Both the position numbers and the translations under genes were made by a program. The notes under the pieces are model-generated. The model saw only the letters and a program-made list of their open reading frames with translations. It was not told the origin of the DNA and ran no database searches. Below, piece after piece: positions 12,157 to 23,592 of a DNA stretch of 64,000 bases (position 1 is the stretch's first letter; every line of letters starts with the position of its first letter). This DNA is from Macrostomum lignano (Eukaryota). The DNA lies in NCBI GenBank assembly GCA_002269645.1, contig NIVC01003676.1, forward strand, positions 1 through 64,000. Direction: 5' to 3'.

Positions 12157-13577
12157 GTCAGGCTGTTCAGGGGCTGAGTGGGTCAGGCTGGTCAGGGTCT
12201 GAGTGGGTCAGGCTGGTCAGGGTCTGAGTGAGTCAAGCTGGTCAGGGGCTGAGTGGGTCAAGCTGGTCAGGGTCTGAGTGGGTCAAGCTGGTCAGGGGCT
12301 GAGTGGGTCAGGCTGGTCAGGGGCTGAGTGGGTCAGGCTGGTCAGGGTCTGAGTGGGTCAAGCTGGTCAGGGTCTAAGTGGGTCAAGCTGGTCAGGGGCT
12401 GAGTGGGTCAAGCTGGTCAGGGTCTGAGTGGGTCAAGCTGGTCAGGGTCTGAGTGGGTCAGGCTGGTCAAGGTCTGAGTGGGTCAAGCTGGTCGGGGTCT
12501 GAGTGGGTCAGGCTGGTCAGGGTCTGAGTGGGTCAAGCTGGTCGGGGGCTGAGTGGGTCAGGCTGGTCAGGGTCTGAGTGGGTCAAGCTGGTCAGGGTCT
12601 GAGTGGGTCAAGCTGGTCAGGGTCTGAGTGGGTCAAGCTGGTCAGGGTCTGAGTGGGTCAAGTTGGTCAGGGGCTGAGTGGGTCAAGCTGGTCAGGGGTT
12701 GAGTGGGTCAAGCTGGTCAGGGTCTGAGTGGGTCAAGCTGGTCAGGGTCTGAGTGGGTCAGGCTGGTCAGGGTCTGAGTGGGTCAAGTTGGTCAGGGGCT
12801 GAGTGGGTCAAGCTGGTCAGGGTCTGAGTGGGTCAAGCTGGTCAGGGTCTGAGTGGGTCAAGCTGGTCAGGGTCTGAGTGGGTCAGGCTGGTCAGGGTCT
12901 GAGTGGGTCAAGTTGGTCAGGGGCTGAGTGGGTCAAGCTGGTCAGGGGCTGAGTGGGTCAAGCTGGTCAGGGGCTGAGTGGGTCAAGCTGGTCAGGGTCT
13001 GAGTGGGTCAAGCTGGTCAGGGTCTGAGTGGGTCAGGCTGGTCAGGGTCTGAGTGGGTCAAGCTGGTCAGGGGCTGAGTGGGTCAAGCTGGTCAGGGGCT
13101 GAGTGGGTCAAGTTGGTCAGGGGCTGAGTGGGTCAAGCTGGTCAGGGGCTGAGTGGGTCAAGCTGGTCAGGGGCTGAGTGGGTCAAGCTGGTCAGGGGCT
13201 GAGTGGGTCAAGCTGGTCAGGGGCTGAGTGGGTCAAGCTGGTCAGGGGCTGAGTGGGTCAAGCTGGTCAGGGGCTGAGTGGGTCAAGCTGGTCAGGGGCT
13301 GAGTGGGTCAAGCTGGTCAGGGGCTGAGTGGGTCAAGCTGGTCAGGGGCTGAGTGGGTCAAGCTGGTCAGGGGCTGACTGGGTCAAGCTGGTCAGGGGCT
13401 GAGTGGGTCAAGCTGGTCAGGGGCTGAGTGGGTCAAGCTGGTCAGGGGCTGAGTGGGTCAAGCTGGTCAGGGGCTGAGTGGGTCAAGCTGGTCAGGGGCT
13501 GAGTGGGTCAAGCTGGTCAGGGGCTGAGTGGGTCAAGTTGGTCAGGGTCTGACTGGGTCAAGCTGGTCAGGGGCTGA
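12140..13577. repeat. 25-bp minisatellite (GAGTGGGTCAAGCTGGTCAGGGGCT), ~57 copies
   Basis: Directly visible. Confidence 0.98.
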
Positions 13578-13930
13578 GACTAATCTGAAACAATATTAAT
13601 TGGTTTAGGAAAAGATACATTTTTTGAAAAAATGAAATTTAGAAAGAACTTTAATTTTATCAATCTTCGGAAAGTAAAAACACTTTTCTACTGTCAAACC
13701 GTGTGAAAATATTTTGGCTCAAGTGATCACGACTTATTTTATTCGCTGTTCTGAATTTCGATAGATTTCATGCAAAAAATGAAGTTGAAATAAGAGTTTT
13801 AAATTCAGTATCTTAGCATTTAGCAATAAGTATTGAATATTTAAAAATGAATGGACACCCACAGTACACCTCCAATACTCCAAGACACCTTCAACACTAC
13901 ACTGTTGAATTGTGCGAAGTTTTTCAAATC

Positions 13931-14223
13931 ATAGTAGTTAAACCGTCGGACTCGCGACTTGAAGGTCGGGGGTTCGATTCCCAGTTCCACTAGGAAAGAT
14001 TTGTGTCCCTGAGCAAGACACTTAACTCTGCATTGCTTCAGTTCACCCAGCTGTAAAATGGGTGCCAGCATTAGCTGGGGTAATTGAGGCTGTGTGTGGC
14101 GACCCCCCAGTCCTTGGACTGAACAGCCGTACGCAGCCTTCAGATGCGCGGCGCAAATAGCTGCGGCTGAGCTGTCGGTTGCACATCTGGCCCAATTAGG
14201 GGAAGGTGTAATCAATTATTATT
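13931..14223 (+). mobile_element. tRNA-derived SINE with CORE/Meta-like central domain
   Basis: Head with GGTTCGATTCCC B box, then TGTGTCCCTGAGCAAGACACTTAAC...CAGCTGTAAAATGGGTGCC, ending in an ATTATTATT tail. Confidence 0.8.
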
Positions 14224-14573
14224 CAACGATTATTACAGCTGAAAGTTGAGAAAAATTACCTATACACTGCGATAGTTTTTTTAAGATTTTTGCAACTTCA
14301 TTGGTTACATATGTATAAAAAATATAGCAATAAATTTCAGTTTTTCTTTACAATTCACGTTAGTTCTCATACCTGCAAGAAATTATTTTTCTATTTTATT
14401 CAAGTCCTTGTACATGTTAGTGTTAGCTCGTACCGTACTCACCGATAATTTTGTTTTCCTAAAACTACTAATAGTAGTAAAGATAATTTTGAAAACTTTC
14501 TTCTCAAATATAAATTCTATTATTAGTAGCAAGTGTCATTGTCGATAGCAGGGTTTACAAAGTTTTCTAGCCG

Positions 14574-14803
14574 GGTGTTTAATTGCTATAGCCGGGTGTT
14601 TAATTGCTATAGCCGGGTGTTTAATTGCTATATCCGGGTGTTTAATTGCTATAGCCGGGTGTTTAAATGCTATAGCCGGGTGTTTAATTGCTATAGCCGG
14701 GTGTTTAATTGCTATAGCCGGGTGTTTAATTGCTATATCCGGGTGTTTAATTGCTATAGCCGGGTGTTTAATTGCTATAGCCGGGTGTTTAATTGCTATA
14801 GCT
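14574..14803. repeat. 21-bp minisatellite (GGGTGTTTAATTGCTATAGCC), left flank of the Polinton
   Basis: The same unit resumes in the same orientation at 24675-24890. Confidence 0.97.
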
Positions 14804-14912
14804 AGTAGTAAGGGAAATGTGGACTCTGTCGCAGGAATTTCCGTGGGAAAACCACGGGCCTATAGTGTGTAAACATAGCGCACATGTAAATGCATTGGTG
14901 GACTCTGCCGCA

Positions 14913-15336
14913 GGGCATAAATACATTCTCACCTGCATTGATGTTTTATCTAAATTTGCAATGGCCAGAGCACTGAAGTCTAAGAGCGCGGTAAAAGTAA
15001 AATCTGCGTTTGAGAGCATGCTGAAGAGCTCAAAGCGGCAGCTGCGCACTGGTCCGCACAGATCAGGGAAAGGAGTTTGTCAACGCAATTTTTCGCCAGT
15101 TCTGCATAGACCGGGGGATTCTGGCGTTTCCAACTAGCAGTGAGCAAAAAGCAGCCATCATTGAAAGATGGAATCGAACTTTAAAAAGCAAGATGTGGCG
15201 TTACTTTACTCACAACAGCACTCTACAACGGCTTGATGTGCTGCCTAAACTGGTCAAGTCCTATAACAATACTTTCCACAGAAGCATCAAGACTGCACCA
15301 ATGAATGTTAGCAAAGCAAACGAGACTGAAGTGTGG
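14913..15336 (+). pseudogene. Polinton retroviral-like (rve) integrase fragment, N-terminus with the first catalytic Asp deleted, one frameshift
   Basis: KYILTCIDVLSKFAMARALKSK / VRTDQGKEF / AAIIERWNRTLKSKMWRYFTH..LVKSYNNTFHRSIKTAP. Confidence 0.88.
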
Positions 15337-15337
15337 A

Positions 15338-15552
15338 TTCTTCATAAAGCGATTCTTCTCAAGGCGATTCTTCTCATGATAATTCTTCTCAATGTGATGC
15401 TTCTCAAGTTGATTCTTCTCAAGGGGATTTTTCTCAAGGTGATTCTTCTCCAGGTGATTCTTCATAAGGCGATTCTTCTCAAGGCGATTCTTCTCATGAT
15501 AATTCTTCTCAATGTGATTCTTCTCAAGGTGATTCTTTTCAAGGCGATTCTC
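15338..15552. repeat. 15-bp minisatellite (GATTCTTCTCAAGGT) at the integrase breakpoint
   Basis: Directly visible. Confidence 0.9.
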
Positions 15553-16555
15553 ATTATTGACATTAATTTTCCTAAGTCTAATGACGTCACCGTACTTAGT
15601 GCATGATAGCTCATCGTAGGGTTTGCTTTTCTGAACTAATTATAAGGTGTTTCGGCGTTGTGAACTTTCGGTCTAATGAAACCAAAACTCGAGTCAGCTT
15701 AGAATAAAATAAAGTTTTTGTGTCCAGTGTGCGAGCACTCATGGACACGGCAGTATAAAGAATTTATGATAGCGCAAAAATTTAAATAGGAAAGAACGTG
15801 CAAAAGCTTAGCTGGTACACAGAAAAACTCATACAGGGTATTTAGTAAAAAAAATAGTTTAACTACTACAAGTAGCAGTATATGCTGGAGAAACTAGAAA
15901 TCTAGGACGTTTCGAAACCAATAACTACTTCATAATCTATAGACAATTGCAGCTTGTTAATTGGTTTCGAAGTGCTTTAACTTAACAGGTACTCGTAGTA
16001 GCTAACTGCAGGAATCTCAAGGATCGATCGCTATTGCACATCGGAACCCTGACCTGCTGAGGTTCAACTCGAACAAGTCTCCACCTGCGACTACTACGAG
16101 AAAGATTGCTAAGTACACAAGCCAGTGCGAGATCTATAGACGTTGCATTTAAGGCAGGAAAGATATCTAAAAGAGAGATCTGAAAAGTACATAGTCCATA
16201 GTCGATTTAAAACAAATTAAAAGGAAACTAAAAATGTGTAGTTTAAACATAAAATCTAAAAACGTTCGAGACTTTCAAAAAGTACGAAATTTGAAATTCA
16301 AAAGAAAGATATTTCTTTTATGATGACAAGGTCAGAATGACAAGAATGAAAATGCTATCCTTTTTGGTCACAGAAACAGCGCAACGAAATCGAACTCGGC
16401 GCATTTTGAGCACAATTGATCAGAATTGCACGGCTTCTAGTCAAAAATCCATTAATGAAAGAAAATTATCTGCAAAAAGTAGAATATCTTCAACTTCGAA
16501 ATCATACGAAATGTATCAGAAAGCTAAAATTCTGAATCAAATTCAATTAAAATCA

Positions 16556-18576
16556 TCATTCCACATCCGGAAAGTTGATGAAGTGCCGGCGAGGCCAATC
16601 AGATTTGCTGATCACCTGCGTCGCCTCAGTCTGAGAATTAAAGCTGCTCTGCTGCCGGTCCGACGAAGCGCGGCCGCTGAACAGCCGACTGCCGCCTGTG
16701 ATCGGCAGGTAGCCGCCAATCAGGATTCGCTTCCGCTTACCCAACCACCGGCCCAGCATCCTGCTCAACAAACTCCTGATGCAGCTGTAGTCTCGCTCGA
16801 TAATCTCGGCCACAGTCAGCATGATCAAGTACCTGTTCTCTACCTCGTGCTCGATGACGTGGTTCACGGCCGAGGACAGAACTCCGACCACGAAGTTGAT
16901 GAATAGGATGGGCACGAACAGGACGTAGGTCACGTGGGTGATGAGGAGGTCGATCCGGTCGATCTCGGGCACGTAGAGGCTGGTGTCGATAATGTTGAGG
17001 GACACCAGGAAGGTCGTGTAGAATTCCTTTATGTAGCCACTTAGTGCGTTAGCATTTTTAGTTGAATTAGACACGAGAGACATGGGTTCGCTTCCGTGGA
17101 ACATGCGCGCAAATATTGCCGTAATACAGAGGTAGAACATGAAAAACATGAGAAAAGTTGTTAAACTACGATGAAAACTGCTCATTACGGCGGATATTGA
17201 CGGCAGAAGGCGCATGAACCAGAAAAGCAGGCTTAGACTCATTAGAAGAAGAAGTCTTATGCCAGAACCTTGCACAGTGTAGACCGCCTGATTGAACAGA
17301 GCGCAGCTACTTCGAATGTCGACGTGCAGCCAAAGGAGCAGCGCAGCAGTGGGCAGCGACACGGAGCATGGCAGCAGCCACGACAGCAGATCTCTGTAGC
17401 TCCTTCGGGGCCGCCTTGGGTAGCCGACCTTCCTTCTGTTTTTAAATTATTGATTTTCCATTACAAAGAATAAACAGTCATGTATGCACAATATAGTCTA
17501 ACTTTGGTTACTGACCTAAACATTTCCTTTCTTAGCAGACCTGCTGCTGCGAAGAGCAGAAAGAGCAGAGAGCTTGACAGGCATGTAGAAAGTACGAGAA
17601 GAAAGGATGCAGGATTCTCCACCCCTTGCGATGACGCGCTAAAACAGTATTTAAAAAATAGGGCCTTCATACCCGGACCTGAAAAGATGGTGACGGACAG
17701 CAGTTGCAAGAAAATAAGACAAGCAATAACTATTATGATCCACCGGTTGCGGTCGTACAGCGCCTCGACCCAGCGCCTCCACAGGAAGCCGTTGCGGAAC
17801 ACGCCTGCTGCCTTCAGCTCCGCCAGGGTGGCCTGGCTGTACACGTCGAGCAGCACGCAGATCGGGCTGGTGAAGAACGCCGGGTTCTCGCCGAACCAGT
17901 CGGTCACATCGACGCTCACTCGCTCTCGAATGCCCACCGAGTCCGAGTGCACCTCGCTGCTGGCCAGGTGGTGCAGCATGATGTACTCGACATGACCGGC
18001 CAGTCCGAGGAACACGCCCCAGCTCATTGGCGTCATGCCTCGGCTGCTGACCTGCAGCATCTCGGCCTGCTGTTGTCTAGTGAACAGGCGGCGGTGAAAG
18101 AGCTCGACGAGATCTCGGCCGGTACTGCCGCAGTCCGTCGGCTGCTCCGTGCGCTGCTCCGTCCCGGACATGAAGCGGACGGCGCTCAGCAGCATGTGGT
18201 AGGCCGTGAAGCCTCGCTCTCTGATCTTAGAAAAGTCCACCGTGTCCTTTCCGCTGTCCGAGGTCTCGTGCATGAGGCGCAGACACCGCTGAGCGTTGTA
18301 GAACATGGCGACGAAGAACGGGTTGGTGGGGAACGGAATGTCGCTGTCGTCCTGCTCCGGATCGCCGGACCCGATCCAGTCGGCTTGGTCTCGAGCTCGA
18401 GCTCCTCGGTGGTCGGAGCTGGAGAGAAATGCGGCCCAGTCGGAGGGTCCCAGAGAGTCGCGGAACTCTTTGAGGTCGTCAGCGTTGTCGTCGGCGATGC
18501 AACGGACGAACGCGAGCCAGTCGTCAGTGTCCGTCAGGAACTCCTTAGCATCCAATTGATCGGTTTCTTTTTCCAT
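16556..18576 (-). CDS. Divergent TRPV-like ankyrin/6-TM cation channel, 2 exons, ~646 aa
   Basis: Exons 18576-17516 and 17435-16556; an 80-nt phase-2 intron (GTCAGT...AAAACAG) joins the two track ORFs in frame. Ankyrin-like GFTAYHML and GMTPMSWGVFLG; hydrophobic helices; S6-like HVTYVLFVPILFINFVVGVLSSAVNHV; TRP-helix-like ENRYLIMLTVAEIIER. Confidence 0.72.
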
Positions 18577-20278
18577 TACTGAGCAAGATCGCAATTCTGC
18601 GCTGCTTTATCGCTTTTTTTAATGTGCCGTGAGTCTGGGAAATTTAGACCCGCTCGACATATTAATAGAGATTCAGCCGCATTTGGTACACCAGTTTTCC
18701 AGACTTTCCAAAGTCAACAGCTGAATCGTTTTTATCTGATTAGAAAACGTGTGAACTGCCTAGCATTTGATTCTTTTTAACTAAACAAAAGGCTGTGCGT
18801 GTGCAAATTTACCCAGTGCCAAGCAAATTCATTACTGTTTTCTCCCACATTAATTAATATCATGACAATTTTTGGCGTTGTTTGCCATGCATTAATGCTA
18901 TTTACTTGGAATTACAATTACCAACAGGAACGAGTTACGAGCGTATTGTCTCTTTTCATGGTCTAATTTTATACGATTACAGACAAAATCACTTTGGGTG
19001 TTGTTAGGGAGGGGGGAGGTTTGGACGCCTCAATCAATCCGATTTGACCTCTTTGTTAAGCCTGGTTGGTGCCCGATCTGGGAATGTTTCTGTTGTCTCC
19101 CGTGCTGGGTCACACAGCCTGCTTGTAATCACCCTGAAGTCTCGCTAGCTATTTCGCGATGTGAAACCTTGTATATATGTACGTTGTACGTTGATAATTT
19201 TAGTTGTTGTCGCTTTGTCGTAGTGTCAAGGATGCTTAACCTTTGTAGATGTGAAACTTAGATCTGTGGAATTTTGACCTGAAGTCGGATGCTTCTTAAT
19301 TGCGATACAAAATTAAGCCGTTACACATGTGCATATACCTATTGTTACGACAAAGTGATCTTCACTAGCTACTACGCTCTCGAGCATAGCGGACGAACGT
19401 ATGTTTGCGTCAGACTGACGTTGGAACCTGAGCGGGTGGATCGCGTAGCCTAACTCGTTCAGTCCGCGTCATATGAGTCCCTGTTACCGTACACACTCGT
19501 TTTACGGTTCCAAAAGGAAATAGTGCAAAACGGAAACTCACTTTTACTCGGCCTTGCGTGTCATATGTGGGTGACTTTAGCGTCGTTGGCTATTATTGAA
19601 TGTATACTTTCGGATCTAAAGTTTTTTTATCAGACTGTTCTAAAGGTAATATCGGTGAAGCCAATAGGCGCCCTCTCTCTCGCTTATCACATCATTATTT
19701 TTATATAGATACATGTATACAATTACTACTTAGTCTTTTAGGGTCAGGGATTCGGCAATAGAGCAGCCGGGAAACTTATAATTGGCTAGGAAACGTGAAA
19801 ACATGACAAGGCGCGGGGCTTATGGGAAAAAATTGGGTTGCACACAGAAGGGCAGCCAATCAGAGTTGGGTACGGAGCGGGCCGGGGTAGAAAGAATGGG
19901 GAGGGGGCAGGCAGCTAGGCTGGGGGGTTGATGCAAACCCCCCTGGGGGGGGGGGGTTGGTGCAAACACGTGGGCCGATGCGGTATGTGGGCGATATGTC
20001 GGGTACACTTGTCGAAAACTAGAGATTGCTCATCAGTACTAATGTACCCGAGCACAATACTAATTAAGATGTTTATATGTTATGCTGTTTTTAACGATAA
20101 TGTGCGTTAATATTTGAAGAAGCTGCTGCCAAGCCAGATTTTCCTGCCGACTATTTAATTGAAACGGCTACTGGACATTCCCCTCCAGCGTTCCCCCTCG
20201 GTGGTGTTTCCTCTGCGTCTCTAAAAAGAAAAATGAAATGGGCAGCGGCACAAGAAAGAACTTTAGTGGCATTACTAG

Positions 20279-20880
20279 CAATCAGCGCCCCCCGTTGGGG
20301 AGCCAAAAAATGCAGTACAAGTTTTTTTTAATAAACTACATGTAAGCGTCTCTTTGCATTGTACATTGTAAGCCTTGACATGTCAGAAAATCCCACCACA
20401 AGCCTTAGCATATCAACCCCCTTGACATATTAGCAATGCCCAATAAGCCTTGAAATCCTAAAAAATCTGTCAACCTTCTAACCCTAACCCTAGCCCTAAC
20501 CCTAAACCTAACCCTAACCCTAACCCTAACCCTAACCCTAAAGCATTGACATTTCAGTAATTCTCTCCAACAGTCATTATAGCACTACAGCATTATAGCG
20601 ATTCCCAGCAAGCCTCGACATCGTAGGGATTTCCAAATGAATCTCTTAACTTCGATATGAAGCTTCTTTTATTTTTTACATTACGCTTTTTCTATCAGCG
20701 ATCCCTCCCGTGAGGAGCCAACAAATAATGAAAAAAAGTTTTCAATAGACTACATGTAGCTTCTGACTTTAGCCTTGACATCTCATTTATTCCCCCATGA
20801 GCCTTGACATCTCAGCTATTCCCCCCGTAAGCCTTGACATGTCAGCAATGCCCCCCATAAACCTTTGAAATGGGCGTGTC
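20279..20880. repeat. Dispersed repeat family with AGCCTTGACAT subrepeats and an interstitial (TAACCC)n tract (~20479-20541); degenerate third copy at ~21735-21845
   Basis: Two related units at ~20279-20480 and ~20695-20880; about 10 TAACCC-like hexamers. Confidence 0.7.
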
Positions 20881-21866
20881 CTGCGGTTTAGGCTACTGGT
20901 TTACTGGTTTCTTTTTAATTTGATTAATCTGAGCTCGAGAGACTCCGGGCTTAGATTAAGCTGGAAGATTTCCTAGCTACCTTAAATTGAATGAATAGTT
21001 GTTACGATCTAGGTTACTTTGCTCTACTAATCTGCTATTACGTACTTTTATTTGGTAGGTCGCTGCCACCAGACTAATGCCCCTTATAATTAATGTTAAA
21101 TCAAAATAAATGAGACAAGAGTCAATTTCATATAAGATTATTTAGATCAAACAAACAAAAGAAATATTATTAAACCGAATATGCAAAGAAAGTACACAAT
21201 TAATCCCTATGTTAGCACCACGGTAGACTCCGATTTCTTATTTAGACCAATGGTAGACTCCTTTAGTCTTTTCCTATGTTACTTGATTTATATATAATCC
21301 TATTCTCGGTAGACTCCGTTGTGACTAAGTGGTAGACTCCTTCTTAGCCTCCCTATTTTACCCCTTAGAATTTTATCCTTAACTTACCCTTGATTTCCTT
21401 AAGCTTCTGTATTAAATTTTGAAAGGGAGACTCCCTTATTTTTTATTTTAGAATTGAGATCTTTGTCTCTATAAATATTGTCCTGATGGACGGTCCTGAA
21501 CGGATATGCTTGGACTGATTGTCCCGAACGGATGCTTTTCCCGAGGCTAAACAGCCTTTTACTAATGGAGGAACCCGCTAAGACTCGAATTCCCACAACT
21601 TCAGATATTTCCCCGAGGGTGAACTACTAACAGTAGCGTAAAAGCAAAACTGCTTATTCTAGAATTCATGCTACTAAAATAATTCATCCCGACGAATGGC
21701 AAACGCCTTAGCAAAACTGCTTGAAACTAAACCCCCTACTACACCTTGATATCTGAAAAATCCCCTGTTAACCTTGAAACCCGCTAAAATCTAACCCTCA
21801 ACCCAAACCTGACCTAAACCTAACTTTAACCCAACCTATAAATCCACATATGTTGATATTCACCCC

Positions 21867-23039
21867 GTGAACTCTATTGCTACTAACTCACCTATTGAAT
21901 TCGACTGTCATCCATCGGCTGATGAGTACACTGATCTGCTGAGCTCATTCCTGTATATTCGCTGTCGCCTAGTCCGGCTTGGCGGGGCTTTGATGAGGGA
22001 GGAGGTTCGGAATGCCGATGGAGTTGTCACTGAGCACCCAGAAAGCTTTGTCCTGTCTACGGCATTCTCAGATGTAATCGTGAGCATCAACCAGCGAATT
22101 GTATCAGGCGGAGACCAGCTCTACCCCTACCATGCCTACCTAAAAGCTCTCATGAGCTCATCCGATGCTCAGCAGTTAAAGTTCTACCCCGCCGGATTCC
22201 TGGAACCCGAAACTGCTGCTGAGGGGCATGCCGAGAGCCACAGGGAGTCCCGCTGGGTGGAGTATGCGGGACCACTGCTCAGCGACATCTTCCAGTGTCC
22301 TGTTCTGCTGCTGAACAATTTACACCTGCACATCAAGCTGATGCCCAGCGATGCTGCATTCGCCATTCGAACCCCAGATGATAACAACACAGCCTACCGA
22401 ATGGAAATCTCCCACTGCATTCTGAACCTGCGCCGAGTCAAAGTGGCGCCTCACATTAGCCTAGCGCATGAGCAGGGACTGACCAATCAGAATTACTTTA
22501 CCCCATCGAGCCAACTGAAATGCAAAACTTTATTCTACCCCAGGGAATTCAGTCAAAAAAACATTGAAGGATTCACCCATGGCAAACTGCCGAAGTTCGT
22601 TATGCTGGTCTTCGTGAACCACCTAGCCTTCAATGGCCATCACCATTCCAGCCCCTTCGAGTTCCAGAGCTTCAACCTCAGCCAGCTAGCACTAAAGAAA
22701 GGTGGTGAAGCCATGTGCCACGCTGCATTTGCACCTGAGAATAATTCATTCGTGAGAGAGTATTTGCACTACCTGAAAAGCTGTCAGTCAGCCAGCCCTA
22801 CCAACACGGTTCCGTGGGTCCCCTACCAGTTGTTCTCCAACGGCAACACAGCTTTCGCATTCGATCTCACGCCTGAGGGAGCGGCCCTGTGGTACGGACA
22901 GAAGGAGGGCAATTTGCGGCTGGAGATTCGCTTCCGACAGGCCCTGGAGGAGCCTGTATCTCTGATTGTTATGTGCCTGTATGACTCACTGATTGAGGTC
23001 ACGAAGCACAGGGAGATTCTGCTAGATTTTTCATCCTAG
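21867..23039 (+). CDS. Polinton major capsid protein (double jelly-roll), probably N-terminally truncated
   Basis: PIEFDC..DEYTDLLSSFLYIRCRL, LYPYHAYLK, GPLLSDIFQ..LLNNLHLHIKL, GKLPKFVMLVFV..AFNG....SPFEFQSFNL, AFAFDLTP, GNLRLEIRF. Open for 390 codons; the track start is GTG, not ATG. Confidence 0.88.
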   Translation: MNSIATNSPIEFDCHPSADEYTDLLSSFLYIRCRLVRLGGALMREEVRNADGVVTEHPESFVLSTAFSDVIVSINQRIVSGGDQLYPYHAYLKALMSSSDAQQLKFYPAGFLEPETAAEGHAESHRESRWVEYAGPLLSDIFQCPVLLLNNLHLHIKLMPSDAAFAIRTPDDNNTAYRMEISHCILNLRRVKVAPHISLAHEQGLTNQNYFTPSSQLKCKTLFYPREFSQKNIEGFTHGKLPKFVMLVFVNHLAFNGHHHSSPFEFQSFNLSQLALKKGGEAMCHAAFAPENNSFVREYLHYLKSCQSASPTNTVPWVPYQLFSNGNTAFAFDLTPEGAALWYGQKEGNLRLEIRFRQALEEPVSLIVMCLYDSLIEVTKHREILLDFSS

Positions 23040-23062
23040 GAGTACGCTGGCGCAACGCTAAT

Positions 23063-23581
23063 ATGGATGCTTTTCAATTGCTTAAACTGGCTAAAAGCTT
23101 TTTACCTCAAAATAACTATTTAATTATTGTCTTGAATTTAATAAATAAAACATCTTATGCTTTAAACTTTATTCAGCGAGCAACTCTCAAAAGAAATTTA
23201 TCTCGATGTAAGTTTATTTTCTTTCTGCTTCAGTACGGCTCATCCTTCGGTCACTGGGTGGTTTGTTATGCTGATAAGGAGAATTCGGGCTGGGACTCAA
23301 GCACTTTAGAGATTATTCACGGAGCACTGAAATCCTTTTGGTATTCTCCATTCTACTTACGTGGCAACGTGAATCGAATTCAGAGCTGCGACTCTGCTAA
23401 ATGCGGTTTGTTCTGTCTCTATTTTTCTATCAAAAGTTTCATTTCAAGCACGTTTGCATGGAGGGTTCTGCGGCACCTCCATGCAAATCAGCAGAGCCAC
23501 TTGAATGAAAGAATGCTGCAAAGGTTTGAGAGTTGCTTAAGAAAAAGAAATTCAATTAGACTTTTAAAATTGAGGATTTAG
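23063..23581 (+). CDS. Polinton adenain-like cysteine maturation protease
   Basis: GHWVVCY...WDS...NRIQSCDSAKCGLFCLYF (His/Asp/Gln/Cys layout); located between MCP and ATPase. Confidence 0.8.
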   Translation: MDAFQLLKLAKSFLPQNNYLIIVLNLINKTSYALNFIQRATLKRNLSRCKFIFFLLQYGSSFGHWVVCYADKENSGWDSSTLEIIHGALKSFWYSPFYLRGNVNRIQSCDSAKCGLFCLYFSIKSFISSTFAWRVLRHLHANQQSHLNERMLQRFESCLRKRNSIRLLKLRI

Positions 23582-23592
23582 CTCAACAGGCA

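Noticed and set aside
15720-15755. Helitron 3' hairpin (GTGTCCA...TGGACAC)
   Set aside because: No CTRR terminus follows and no matching 5' TC end was identified.
16337-18582. Plus-strand ORFs 16337-16906, 17480-17995 and 17704-18582
   Set aside because: Antisense shadows of the GC-rich TRPV-like exons.
20479-20541. True chromosome end
   Set aside because: Short (~60 bp), imperfect and flanked by ordinary sequence on both sides.
23208-23233. GTAAGT...TTCAG micro-intron in the protease ORF
   Set aside because: Only 26 nt; removal would shift the frame, and the unspliced frame aligns with the protease His motif.
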